A stretch of DNA of 64,000 nucleotides from a virus (taxonomy: Duplodnaviria > Caudoviricetes): IMG/VR virus record IMGVR_UViG_3300025372_000001; one strand, 5' to 3'. This document shows, piece by piece, positions 1 to 10,646 of this stretch; position 1 is the stretch's first letter; every line of letters begins with the position of its first letter. Made by a program: the position numbers and the translations under genes. The notes under the pieces were generated by a model, which saw only the letters and a program-made list of their open reading frames with translations, did no database searches and was not told the origin of the DNA.

Positions 1-212
1 TATCCTTCACACTTCTTAATAGTTATTTTACAATGTTCGCACCATGAACACCCACATTTCATACACTCTGGCCCATTATGGGGTTCTACATATAGGCGGA
101 ACATATCGATACCTTCCCCATATTCCGGGTCTTTTTTATAAAGAACATGCCCCACTTTTTCTAGTTCAGAAATAAAATCAAGACGTGATTGGTCAAATGT
201 ACTCCAACTCAT
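1..212 (-). CDS. hypothetical protein, runs off window edge (C-terminal CxxC..CxxC)
   Basis: Manual translation from ATG at 212: MSWSTFDQSRLDFISELEKVG...ECMKCGCSWCEHC; not in ORF track. Confidence 0.55.
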   Translation of the reverse strand, partial: MSWSTFDQSRLDFISELEKVGHVLYKKDPEYGEGIDMFRLYVEPHNGPECMKCGCSWCEHCKITIKKCEG

Positions 213-216
213 AATA

Positions 217-384
217 TTATCCTCTTACGTATCTCCCTTTACCATTCTCTTGCATCTGATAGATAGCAATTCCACCATAATAAGGAACTTCATGAAACTC
301 GCTATTATCATCTGCATCAATATGGATTTCTGCACCACATAATGGACCACCAACTAGTTCTACAGGTATTAACGTTGCATTCAT
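217..384 (-). CDS. small hypothetical protein (55 aa)
   Basis: Manual translation MNATLIPVELVGGPLCGAEIHID...GRYVRG*, packed between neighbours. Confidence 0.55.
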   Translation of the reverse strand: MNATLIPVELVGGPLCGAEIHIDADDNSEFHEVPYYGGIAIYQMQENGKGRYVRG

Positions 385-399
385 TATTTTTTTTATTAA

Positions 400-675
400 T
401 TATTCGTAGTCTGATTCATCGTCGCCGTTTTCTTCTTTTTCGTCAAAAACGAACAAGGCACATTCGTCTATAAAGTTATTCCAGTCAACTTCTTTTTGAA
501 ATCTAACAGGAATAGTTTCTAGTAATTCTTCTTTAATATCATCTAAAGTGAAATCACTTTCTTTTTCTAATTCTTTAGCACGTCTAGCAATCTTACTAAG
601 CGCACTATCAGTAATAGCTAAATCCGCATCTTCTGCAAAAGTTTCAAATTGTGTTTTATATTCTTCTAAAGTCAT
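400..675 (-). CDS. acidic hypothetical protein
   Basis: ORF track 91 aa, D/E-rich, same-strand packing. Confidence 0.7.
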   Translation of the reverse strand: MTLEEYKTQFETFAEDADLAITDSALSKIARRAKELEKESDFTLDDIKEELLETIPVRFQKEVDWNNFIDECALFVFDEKEENGDDESDYE

Positions 676-704
676 AATTAATTTTTATTTAGTAGAAACG
701 AAAG

Positions 705-742
705 AAAAGGGAAAATGAAATAACCTTTTCATTTTCCCTTTT
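705..742 (-). terminator. intrinsic terminator-like hairpin
   Basis: AAAAGGGAAAATGAAA / TTTCATTTTCCCTTTT inverted repeat with A/T tails, just downstream of 749..1165. Confidence 0.7.
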
Positions 743-748
743 TTAGAA

Positions 749-1165
749 TTAAGCAACAATTACTAATTCTTCTTCATCTTCCATAACTGATCCAGTTTGA
801 ACCTGTTCTGTTTCCTCATTAGAATTAGTTTCTACGGGCGCAATAGCATTTTCTGCTACGTTGATACTCATATCAGTTTCAACAGGCTTAGAAACGGCTT
901 TAATTGGCTTAGAACGCAATGCTCGTAATGCATTAGCAATATTGGGATGAAGGTTATATTTCTCCATTGCAGAAGCAACTGTTTCTTTATCAAAGACAAG
1001 TTTGTTACGGCCTCCTTGACCGACATAACTGGCTTTTAGTTCTTCTGCTGTTACGTTGTAACGGGTTTGAAGTTCGCGAAATTGTTTAGGATTGGTATGA
1101 AGGGGTTCGCCTGTTACAGCATCCTTTAGTTCATAATTATTTTCTGGATTTTTTGGACGACTCAT
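749..1165 (-). CDS. hypothetical protein with its own promoter and terminator
   Basis: 138 aa ORF; upstream minus-strand TTGACA-16-TAAGAT promoter near 1245. Confidence 0.75.
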   Translation of the reverse strand: MSRPKNPENNYELKDAVTGEPLHTNPKQFRELQTRYNVTAEELKASYVGQGGRNKLVFDKETVASAMEKYNLHPNIANALRALRSKPIKAVSKPVETDMSINVAENAIAPVETNSNEETEQVQTGSVMEDEEELVIVA

Positions 1166-1257
1166 ATATTTTTGTTTTCTATTATTTTATTGTTATTAAA
1201 CTTCCGTTTTGGAATTACTGCATCTTAATGCATTATTTTTCATTGTCAAACGATATT

Positions 1258-2070
1258 TTAAATATATTTGGTTACGTCTGCTGCATCTTCAATATTAAAT
1301 TCGCCATAATACTCTCTTGCATCTCTTAATACGAAATTAACAAAATCTAAATGATATTTTCTATATTCTGTTTGTGGTAATTCTTTTAAGAATTTCAATT
1401 TTTCAAATATCTGCTGTTCTTCACTATATTCTTTTAAAGAACTTTCATAGTTTTCCCAAGATGCTTTTCCGTCTTTTTGAAATTCCACGGGAAGGGAAGA
1501 CCATTCATAAGCAGGTTTTACTGGCGGATTTTCCTTATAATTTCTACGTATTGACATATCATTAACAAAATGAATACACCAATTAACTAATTCTGTATAA
1601 GATTTTATGGAAAAATACTCAATTCCGTAATGATGTTTATAAAGAATAATTTTATTTAATGTTTTATAATTTAATTCTTCTGACCATCCACCTGTTATAT
1701 GTTCTATTAAGAGTGTTAATGCCTGCGCTTTATTTACCGTAGAATATGAAGCAACACAATCGTTTAAAATTTCTTGGGCATCTGCTTTATCTCTTACCAA
1801 ATAAAGCATTTTATAGCTAGATGATCCTTCGATTCGGACAAAAATGCCCCATCCAAAACCACTATAAGGTGTTCCTATTTTAAATTTATAGCCTTTTTCT
1901 GCTATTTCATCTTTTTCTTTCTGCCAGTCATGGGCAGACCAACTATAGATAAATTTCTGTCCACTTGGACTTTCCCATTTATATTGTCCTTCGTTGATTT
2001 GTTTATAGTTCCTGGAAAGAAGAAAGTTTTCTTCTTGCTTTGTTTTTTCAAGTTCAGCTTGTTCAGTCAT
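1258..2070 (-). CDS. hypothetical protein
   Basis: 270 aa ORF; minus-strand TTGACA (2104-2099)-16-GATAAT, 6 nt before ATG. Confidence 0.75.
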   Translation of the reverse strand: MTEQAELEKTKQEENFLLSRNYKQINEGQYKWESPSGQKFIYSWSAHDWQKEKDEIAEKGYKFKIGTPYSGFGWGIFVRIEGSSSYKMLYLVRDKADAQEILNDCVASYSTVNKAQALTLLIEHITGGWSEELNYKTLNKIILYKHHYGIEYFSIKSYTELVNWCIHFVNDMSIRRNYKENPPVKPAYEWSSLPVEFQKDGKASWENYESSLKEYSEEQQIFEKLKFLKELPQTEYRKYHLDFVNFVLRDAREYYGEFNIEDAADVTKYI

Positions 2071-2216
2071 ATTGGTATTATCGCAAAAACTTTTCTTTTG
2101 TCAACTGAAAAATTTCTCTTGCAATGGGAAGTTTTTACCGTTATCCTGTCGGTCTTCCGGCGCTTCCAAAACAATTCAAACCAAAAATTAAATGAATATA
2201 ACAATATATAAATTAT

Positions 2217-2947
2217 ATGAAAACTAATAATATATTTAATAAAGGTGATAGTGTTCAATCTTTATATAGAGCACATTGGCACGGAATTGTATTAGGTGTA
2301 AATCATTGGTCAACCTACGAAAATAAATATTATCCTTGTTATGACGTTCTGGCATTAGAATCTGTGGATGGAAGGAAACATAGAAAACCACAAATTCATG
2401 TCTTATCAGAAAAATGGTTAATCACCTCTCCTAGAAAATGCAATATTCCTGAAAATTATAAAAATTATAAGATAATATATCCTACAGAAATATACGAAAC
2501 TTTATTCCAATGAATATACAAATACATAAATTTAAAACTATTACAGAATTATTATTGTATACTTTTGATTATAATGAATATAGTAACACTTTTACATATT
2601 CGGGATTTCAAATTTCACGAAGAAATGACATTTATGATGTTTGGGGCCATAAATGGTTAAAACATTTTGCTAAACAAAAACTTAAAGAAGAACAAGAATA
2701 TGAAGCAAAATTTGACTATTATCCTGATGGATATGATTATAATCCGTTAGATGAAGGATATAATGTCATTGCGAAAAAATATAATCCATTTTTGAATAAA
2801 ACAAATACTGGAAAACCTTATTTGGAAGGCATAGCTTCATATAATACTAAGCATCTCCCTGTTCCAGAATTTACCAAAGAAGAATTATTGGAACAATTGA
2901 AGAAAGCAGTTGCAATGAAATTAAAAACTGCTACTTTACGGCTATGA
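2217..2947 (+). CDS. two hypothetical proteins (2217..2513, 2510..2947)
   Basis: ORF track; overlapping ATGA stop/start coupling. Confidence 0.65.
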
Positions 2948-3396
2948 CACTACAATTAGAAATTAACAAACAAATTAAACAAGCAATGATTGCCAAAGAT
3001 CAATCCCGTGTTGATGTTCTTCGACAAGTCAAAACAGCAATCACCAATGCTGCGCTTGCTTCCGGTAATGCAAGTAACACTCTTACTGATAATGAAGTAA
3101 TTGGAATTATTCGTAAGCAAATTAAACAAAGAGAAGATTCTTCCGAACAATTTTTTAAAGGCAATCGTCTTGAACTTGTTGAAAAAGAACAATTAGAAAT
3201 TAACATTCTGAAACAATATCTTCCCAGTGAATTATCTCAAGAAGAATTTGATAATTTGATTCAACTTGCTATTGCTGAAACCAATGCAATTACTAAGAAA
3301 GATATGGGAAAGGCTATTAAGCGGGCCGTTGAATTGGCAGAAGGACGAATTGACAATAAGAGTATTTCTCAAGAAATCGCAAAATATTTAAAATAA
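2944..3396 (+). CDS. yqeY: GatB/YqeY domain protein
   Basis: AMIAKD..RVDVLR.VKTAI; KQIKQREDS.EQF.KGNR.EL..KE..EI.IL..YLP; KKDMGK. Confidence 0.92.
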   Translation: MTLQLEINKQIKQAMIAKDQSRVDVLRQVKTAITNAALASGNASNTLTDNEVIGIIRKQIKQREDSSEQFFKGNRLELVEKEQLEINILKQYLPSELSQEEFDNLIQLAIAETNAITKKDMGKAIKRAVELAEGRIDNKSISQEIAKYLK

Positions 3397-3401
3397 TACA
3401 G

Positions 3402-3836
3402 ATGACACTTAAATCTCTCATTGAACAATATCTAGCAACTGATTCTATTCGATTATCCGAATCTTTGGAAAATCAAATTATTTCTCTTATTGATGAACAT
3501 GTTAAGCAACAATTTGAGATTTATAAGAAATGGGACATGCTCGTTGGAGATACTGATTATGATGGTTACGATTCCGAAAAAGGAACGTGGATATTTAAAA
3601 CTTGTTTACCAGATGAAGTTTATCTAGAACATATTGTCTATTATGGAGCATGTGGTTGTGAAGGATTTTCTAAATATTTCAAATATAATGAAATTGATAA
3701 TTTTGATTGGAAAGCATTTGAAGAAAAAGTCAAAGCTAATTGCATTAAACAATTGACCGCCCAACATAAAAGCCTTATAGATAAAGCGGATAAAATCTCT
3801 AAACAAATAGAAGAATTACAAAAGAATGAAACCTGA
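3402..3836 (+). CDS. hypothetical protein
   Basis: 144 aa ORF in operon-like packing. Confidence 0.65.
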   Translation: MTLKSLIEQYLATDSIRLSESLENQIISLIDEHVKQQFEIYKKWDMLVGDTDYDGYDSEKGTWIFKTCLPDEVYLEHIVYYGACGCEGFSKYFKYNEIDNFDWKAFEEKVKANCIKQLTAQHKSLIDKADKISKQIEELQKNET

Positions 3837-4503
3837 AAATATCTTCCTAGTACGTCATGGTCAAAGCGAAGGCAATGTTGATAAAGAAATTTATAAAACA
3901 AAGCCAGATTACACTTTACAATTAACTGACCTGGGAAAAGAACAAGCCAGAGATGTTGGAAGTAAGTTGAAAGAAATTATTGGAGAGAAGAATGTTTGTT
4001 TTTATATTTCTCCTTATTGGAGAACTAGGCAAACAGCAGAACAGATTAAGAAAGCATTCACTTATTCTAATCAAATTTGGCATTCTTTTGAGGATGTTAG
4101 GTTACGGGAACAAGAGTGGGGGAACCACATCTCTTCTGGATTTAATGAGAAGTATGAAGAGATGCGAGAAGCATACGGATCATTTTATTGGAGTTTTCCT
4201 AATGGGGAAAGTTGTGCAGCAGTATTTGATCGTACTTCGGATTTCCTTTCGACAATGTATCGGGATTTTGACAAATTTAATTTCCCTAGAAATGCTATTA
4301 TTGTAACGCATGGAATGACGATGCGGGTGTTTCTGATGCGTTGGTTTCATATGACAGTGGAAGATTTTGAATTATTGGCTAATCCTGATAATTGTGATTA
4401 TTATCATTTACAACTACAAAGTGATGGCAAATATAAGTTGTTGACAGAACCAAAAAAGTATGATAAACATACGCACAATTATCAATATCGAGCCGAGGAA
4501 TAA
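3826..4503 (+). CDS. histidine phosphatase superfamily protein (phosphoglycerate mutase-like / Det1-like)
   Basis: LVRHGQSEGN, LT..G..QA, SPYWRTRQT, REQEWGN, IVTHG. Confidence 0.92.
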   Translation: MKPENIFLVRHGQSEGNVDKEIYKTKPDYTLQLTDLGKEQARDVGSKLKEIIGEKNVCFYISPYWRTRQTAEQIKKAFTYSNQIWHSFEDVRLREQEWGNHISSGFNEKYEEMREAYGSFYWSFPNGESCAAVFDRTSDFLSTMYRDFDKFNFPRNAIIVTHGMTMRVFLMRWFHMTVEDFELLANPDNCDYYHLQLQSDGKYKLLTEPKKYDKHTHNYQYRAEE

Positions 4504-4679
4504 TCATGAAAAAGAAATATACTCAAGATGAATTATGGGAAGCATATCAAGCAGGTAAACAGATAGAAGTTAGTTGTCCTTGGTGGCCTAAAGATCATTG
4601 GGAAATTAAAGACAATGTTAAAACAAAATATTCTTTCTTCGTTGAAGAGTGTGAGTATAGAATTACAGAATAAACTATT

Positions 4680-6237
4680 ATGAATAAGAATATACATCAA
4701 AAATTTCTTGATAGCCTGAAAGGCATGACAAAGAGGGATGCTATCGATGAAGTTAGTAAAGCATTAAACATGACATGTGATTGTTTTTTGTATGGAACGG
4801 TTATTTCTCGTGTTGCAAGAGATAGTATCATATTATGGCTATTAGATGGTATTGTGCAACAAGCCAATGCGGGGGACCCTAGTCGTTTACATAAAGAAAG
4901 TTAAACAATAAAATAAAAAAAAATATGAATTGGAAAGACACTGTAAACGAATCAATTTTGGCATATCCAACGCTTTATTTGAAAAATAGCTGGGAAGCAA
5001 GTGAATTTGCTGTTGCGCATCATTTCTTTATTGTTCTAGGAAATGGATTGGAATGGGCAGAAACTAAAGACCCTTTGAAAGGTGGTTATTTAACTTCCCC
5101 TAAATCATATAAACGCAATGGGGAATGGAAGAGAAAGATGGATCGTCCTTATCGAAAGAAAAGTGTAATTTCTTTAAATCCTGAGATTTTTAATCCCAAA
5201 GTTAAAAAGTATCAAGTGGGACAAGTTGATCATGAATACTCTCTAGTAACTGGACGAATTGAAATGAAAAGAAATTTTCGTTCTCGTTGCGGAAGGTCTA
5301 AACTTCTTACAGAAGAAGAATTAACTATTTTAAATGGTTTCAAGGTATTGGTTTTAAATGGAGACAAGGTTTATCTTACGAGTTATAAGAAAGATAAACA
5401 TAAGGATTACGAATATGTAGCAGAAGAAATTACTAAGTGGGATTCTCTTAATGGAGGAGATGTTGCACCATATCCTAATTTCCAGAAAACTTATTCATGT
5501 TTTTGGGAGATTGAACCGGAACTGATTAAACCAGATTGGAAAGAAGCAGGATTAAGACATTTGAAATATTGGCAAGAATGGTTTAACAATAAAGATAATC
5601 ATAAGAAATATAGTTATTGTCCTGAGAATCCCATTAATCAAAGAGAGGATAAATTGGTAGATACTCTTAAGAAATGGCATTCCGAATGGTTTAAACTTCC
5701 ATCTGATGAGTTCGTGAAGAAAATACAAAAGGAATATAATTGTCCTATTTTTACTGGTGATAATTGGGACGAAATGGAAGAATATAATTGGCAAAAACAT
5801 TTAGACGGTATAAAGTCTTTCTTGACAGAAACAATTGATAGGTTATCATAAGAAATGATAGATGAATATCTAGTTAAAGTTAATGACAAATATCAATGTT
5901 ATTGCGGCCTTGGTTATGTAAACCATGTATATGCTGATAAAACATGGTTCAGTAGTGGTTGTCGAAAACGTGCAAAGGTTTTCACTAAAGCAGAAGCATT
6001 GGAATTATTCGGTAATAAGCAGAAACATTTTAAGATTGTGAAGAAATGAATCATAATTCAACAGATTGTAGAACAAAAGAAGGAATTGCAGTCGGTCTAA
6101 TTGACGGAATTATTGCAATGTCAAGAGCACTTCGACGAATGGATGTAGATTTAACTGTTCCTATTAATGAAGCATTTATTGATTTACATTCTGATGAAGA
6201 TGTGAAATGGTTGATGAACGTTAGTACCTTATCATGA
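4680..6237 (+). CDS. hypothetical proteins (4680..4904, 4925..5851, 5855..6049, 6046..6237)
   Basis: ORF track, same-strand packing; no recognisable motifs. Confidence 0.6.
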
Positions 6238-6875
6238 AACTTATCGGAATAACCGGAAATATTGCAAGTGGTAAATCTACCATTTCTAAAATGATTGCCG
6301 AACATTATAATCTACCATTAATTAATGTTGATGATTTTTCTAGGAATTGGATAAATTTATATCCTCTAAAGGTTGCAACTGCTCTTGAATGCTTTGGTTT
6401 CCGAGATTCCAGTATGAATGTACTTGATAATCTTATGAAAGTGGTTTTTACAAAGGAAGCCAACTACGTTGATCCTGAATTTAAAAATAGTTCAAGGAGT
6501 TTTAAACAATTTTTTGAAGATTTAGTCGCAGATGATTTCTGGAATTATGTTAATCATTTTATGATTCCTGAATTTTATGATGCAATGATTATTGAACATC
6601 CAATTCTATTTGAAAAAGCAGATCAAGATAAATTCGATTTCATTATCGGTGTTGATGCAACAGATGATATTCGTGTTGACAGAATGAAGAAAAGAGGTTA
6701 TAGTCCTGCAACAACAAGGCAACGCTTAAATAATCAAATTCCTCTTTATCAAAATAAAGATAATATTGATCTTATTTTAGATAATAATATTCCCCTTACC
6801 AAAGAAGAAATCATAAATGAACTATCAAATTCCAGAGAGTTTAAAGCCCTTATATCCCAAGGTTCCTTATCATAA
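6234..6875 (+). CDS. coaE: dephospho-CoA kinase
   Basis: IGITGNIASGKST P-loop, VDD, EHPILFE, RVDRMKKRG, RLNNQIP, D.ILDNN. Confidence 0.85.
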   Translation: MKLIGITGNIASGKSTISKMIAEHYNLPLINVDDFSRNWINLYPLKVATALECFGFRDSSMNVLDNLMKVVFTKEANYVDPEFKNSSRSFKQFFEDLVADDFWNYVNHFMIPEFYDAMIIEHPILFEKADQDKFDFIIGVDATDDIRVDRMKKRGYSPATTRQRLNNQIPLYQNKDNIDLILDNNIPLTKEEIINELSNSREFKALISQGSLS

Positions 6876-7773
6876 TCTTGCTCATACAGAATCATTTGAT
6901 TGGGAATCCTGCCCTTCCGGTAATGCATATTGGGCAGCAGTATTCCATGACTTTGTTTATAATCCTAAAGTAAAAGGATTGGAAGGTAATGAGTTAGCTT
7001 CTTATAAAGCTTTTGAATCATATATGCGTAATAAAGGGGATTATTATCTCGCTTTTCCTAATTACGATCAAGTTAAGAAACTAATTATGTCAACAATGGA
7101 TCATGTGAAATATTTTGATCCAGATGATGAGGATATGGTTTGGCTTCACACCAATGATTTATTTTGTTTTCGAGATGGGGCAAATGTATATGAAAATGAA
7201 TTGAAAATCTTCAAAGAATATCAATTCACTAAATTTGATTTCTATAAGGAACGTAGATTAGAATTGTTGAAATATTATCGAAAACACCCTCTTGTTCACT
7301 CAGAAAAGATAGATGAAATTGAAAATTATTTTAGTAATTTTATTCCTCATATTGGGTTATTCGTGGGAAGCTTCAATCCGTTCACCCGTGGGCATTTTGA
7401 CATTCTTCAACAAGCAGAAAAGGTATTTGATAAGGTTATTATTGCTCAAGGACAAAATGAAGAAAAGGAAACCAATAATTATTCTCTTCATAATGTAAAG
7501 GCATTGGAATATCATGAATTGGATAGTTATGAAGGAAGTTTATTTTCTTATGTGGATAGAAAGAAAAAAGAACTCGGTAATATCACATTGGTTAGAGGAT
7601 TGAGGAATTATCATGACTTACATGATGAAAGCAATCTATTTAATTTTGCCAAAGATTATACTGATGTTCCTTTTGCCTACTTTATTTCTAAATCAGAAAA
7701 TCTACATATTAGTAGTGGAGCCGTGAGGAAATTAATATCATTAGGAAAAGACGTAAAGGAATATCTACCATGA
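6817..7773 (+). CDS. coaD: HD-superfamily hydrolase domain fused to phosphopantetheine adenylyltransferase
   Basis: N-terminal YHNLAH...AAVFHDFVYNP (HD-type); C-terminal GSFNPFTRGHFDI, LVRGLRN, ISSGAVRKL. Confidence 0.85.
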   Translation: MNYQIPESLKPLYPKVPYHNLAHTESFDWESCPSGNAYWAAVFHDFVYNPKVKGLEGNELASYKAFESYMRNKGDYYLAFPNYDQVKKLIMSTMDHVKYFDPDDEDMVWLHTNDLFCFRDGANVYENELKIFKEYQFTKFDFYKERRLELLKYYRKHPLVHSEKIDEIENYFSNFIPHIGLFVGSFNPFTRGHFDILQQAEKVFDKVIIAQGQNEEKETNNYSLHNVKALEYHELDSYEGSLFSYVDRKKKELGNITLVRGLRNYHDLHDESNLFNFAKDYTDVPFAYFISKSENLHISSGAVRKLISLGKDVKEYLP

Positions 7774-8655
7774 TCGATTTTTTAACAAAACATAATACTA
7801 GAGTTAATTTTCTAGGATCAGGGAAATCTCCCGAAGAAATTTTCGAAAATATTAAAGTATATGCACGGGAATTTACTTCTATTTCTAAACAGGAACGCAT
7901 TCAAGAAGCATTAGATCAAATGGTTCGTTATAGAAATGCTTATCATTTACAAGCAATTGATTCAGTTGATATTGAAAGTTCAACAGAGCAAACCTTAAAA
8001 AGATATGATGATTATGTGAAAATGATTTCTTATTCAATTGAAGAATGGTATGATTTACGTAATAGTATCACATGTGATATTACAGGTAAGAATATCCCTT
8101 ATGACACTAATTATTTTATTTTGAATATTGATGATGGACATGATGATTGTCGTGATTTGGTTTTATCTGTTGACGGATTGAAACAGTTGTGCGAATCTGC
8201 CTCAGAACTATTAACTAATTAATTTTATGAAACCGATTTTTAAAAAGCAGAATAGTAAGTTTACTCCTTATTGGAATTATTCAATAGAGGAAGAATATAA
8301 AAATAGCATGAATCGAATTGAGAAACATTTATCTATTTCTCTAGAAGAACATATTCAGCGTGCTATAGACTTCGCGAAGTTATACTTCGTAACACCTAAT
8401 ATTGATCAAATTCGGGAAAATCAATCGAATCATTATCTAAGACAGCAACAACTATCGACTGCTTCTTTAGTGGAATATTATAATGCATTTTTATGCAACG
8501 TATGTAGTGTCACTGGTGAGAAAATTCCTTATGACACTGATTATTATATTCAAGTAATTCAAGAAGATGAAAATGATCCTGAATATCTGCTTTATTCTTT
8601 GGAAGGAATGAAAGTGATGCAAAATGAAATCGACGAAATTATTAATGCCTTATAA
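7770..8655 (+). CDS. two paralogous hypothetical proteins (7770..8222, 8227..8655)
   Basis: Shared C-terminal motif C.[IV]TG..IPYDT.Y[FY]I....D......L..S..G[LM]K. Confidence 0.75.
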
Positions 8656-8796
8656 AGAACTTATTAAAAGTTTTAAAGAAGGAAGAGAATTGCTGTATAA
8701 GTTACAAGGCCCGATTACTGATAAAATGATTGAGGATTTAGAGAATAGTCGAAAATATACATCAATTCCCTCTCGAAAGAAAACATAAAACCTCTT

Positions 8797-8825
8797 GACT
8801 TAACTCTACTTTTGAAGTAAACTCC
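8797..8825 (+). promoter_or_regulatory. sigma70-like promoter for the Ro60-like gene
   Basis: TTGACT-17-TAAACT shortly upstream of ATG 8834. Confidence 0.55.
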
Positions 8826-8833
8826 TGACTACT

Positions 8834-10552
8834 ATGTTCAATACAAAGAAAACCCAACTATTCGTTCCTCCTGCAAAGACTCCAAAATTTAAGTCTGTTG
8901 CAGAAATTACCTCATCTCCTTCAGCAAAAACTCCTTTGCCTATTTTTGTACAATCTGCTCAAAAGAAATCATTTGAAATTCTATCTGGCAACGGAGCCTT
9001 GAAGTACTCTTCAACTGGTAATGAAGGAGTAAATCAATTCGCTAAAGTAGGATCATATAAAAAGCCTCGGCCTTTTAACGAAATTGAAAAAGATTGTGAA
9101 CTTCTTTGGGCAGAAGACCCTCTTAATTCTGTTAAATTTATTCATTATCTTCGCACTATCACTCGAAAAGTTCAACTCATTGATGGTTCTGTAACTGCTG
9201 AACCTCAAAAGGGAGGAGAACTTAAACACGAAGCAATCATGCGTATGATTTGGCTTTTCACTAAAAGCCCCGACACCTTTTGGAAGAATATTGGCTGGTT
9301 TATTGCTCTTGGTTCTTGGCACGACATCTTTACCATGTTGCAATATGATCTGGTTTATAATGGATGGGAAAGTCGTGTTTTAGATTGGAACAAGATGGGA
9401 AACGTTATTCTGGTTGGTCTTGCTGATTCTCATACCTCTGAACTGGTTAAGAAGTACCTTCCACAAATTAAAGCTAGGTCTGATTGTAAGACGGTCGAAA
9501 GTCAAGCTAATACTACAATTGGAAAGTGGATTTGTTCTCTTCTGTTTGGTCCAAAGGAAACATCTTATAATTATAAGACTTATCGTAAACTTAAATCAGG
9601 CGGTACTGCCCATCAGTGGCAACAATTGATTTCTCAAAAGAAGTTTGATCAAATTGATTTTGGTGCAATTCATGGACGAGCATTACATCTACTTGTTCGT
9701 AGTAAGTTCCTTAAGAATCAGAATTTATCAGATAAGTTTGCTACATGGGTCAAGAAACCGGATACAGTAGTAAGATATACTGGTTTCGTTCATGAATTAT
9801 TCACTAATATTCCTACTGCATTATCTGGAATGGCAGCACATGTTCGGGATACCGTGAATAAACAATTTGATACTCTTGTTGCTAAGGGGAAAAGTGAAAC
9901 AAAAGAAGATTCTTGTACTTGGCTACCTGTGCTAGACACATCTGGCTCAATGGGAGCACAATGTACAGGAACTAATGCTTCTTGTTTAACTGTTGCTAAG
10001 TCACTGGCATTATATTTCTCAGAATTCTTGACTGGAAAGTTTATGAATTCATTTGTTGAATTTAATACAAAGGCAAAGATGCATACGTGGCAAGGTGCTA
10101 CTCCAATTGAAAAATGGTATAATAATCGTTGTTCTCATGTAGGAAGTACTAATTTCCAAAGTGTAATTGATTTGTACGTTGATTTAAAGAATCAAGGAAT
10201 TGAAGAAGCAGAGTTTCCTACAGGAATTTTAGCAATTTCCGATTCTGAATTTAATCCTACATCTTTAGGTAAAACTAATGTGGAAGTGGCAAGGGCCAAA
10301 CTTCGTCAAGCCGGTTTTTCTGATACTTTTGTAGATAAGTTCCAGATTGTTCTTTGGAATTTACAAAGTGGATATTATGGTGCAAGTACTGGGAAGAAGT
10401 TTGAAACTGGGGCAACCGAGAAAGGTACTTATTATTTTGGGGGTTTCAATGGTTCAGTTATTTCGTTCTTAACTAATCATGAAGTTAAGACACCTGCTCA
10501 ATTGTTCTTACAAGCATTAGATCAGCAAGTTTTAAATTATATTGAATTGTAA
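8834..10552 (+). CDS. Ro60/TROVE-like protein with C-terminal vWA domain (DUF2828-like)
   Basis: N-terminal SGNGALKYSSTGN, helical body, MIDAS motif VLDTSGSM...AKSLALYF...GSTNFQSV...ISDSEFN...VLWNL. Confidence 0.82.
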   Translation: MFNTKKTQLFVPPAKTPKFKSVAEITSSPSAKTPLPIFVQSAQKKSFEILSGNGALKYSSTGNEGVNQFAKVGSYKKPRPFNEIEKDCELLWAEDPLNSVKFIHYLRTITRKVQLIDGSVTAEPQKGGELKHEAIMRMIWLFTKSPDTFWKNIGWFIALGSWHDIFTMLQYDLVYNGWESRVLDWNKMGNVILVGLADSHTSELVKKYLPQIKARSDCKTVESQANTTIGKWICSLLFGPKETSYNYKTYRKLKSGGTAHQWQQLISQKKFDQIDFGAIHGRALHLLVRSKFLKNQNLSDKFATWVKKPDTVVRYTGFVHELFTNIPTALSGMAAHVRDTVNKQFDTLVAKGKSETKEDSCTWLPVLDTSGSMGAQCTGTNASCLTVAKSLALYFSEFLTGKFMNSFVEFNTKAKMHTWQGATPIEKWYNNRCSHVGSTNFQSVIDLYVDLKNQGIEEAEFPTGILAISDSEFNPTSLGKTNVEVARAKLRQAGFSDTFVDKFQIVLWNLQSGYYGASTGKKFETGATEKGTYYFGGFNGSVISFLTNHEVKTPAQLFLQALDQQVLNYIEL

Positions 10553-10567
10553 TAAGTTAAAGTTTAA

Positions 10568-10594
10568 ACTTTCCTACGAGGTACGTAGGAAAGT
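10568..10594 (+). terminator. hairpin after the Ro60-like gene (terminator or processing site)
   Basis: ACTTTCCTACG-AGGTA-CGTAGGAAAGT perfect 11-bp stem, no long U tail. Confidence 0.55.
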
Positions 10595-10605
10595 GAAGAA
10601 AAGAG

Positions 10606-10635
10606 TTGACAATGATAGTATGATGGGTTAAGTTA
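10606..10635 (+). promoter_or_regulatory. sigma70-like promoter driving the ncRNA array
   Basis: TTGACA-17-TAAGTT about 12 nt upstream of unit 1. Confidence 0.7.
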
Positions 10636-10646
10636 GTATCAAGACA

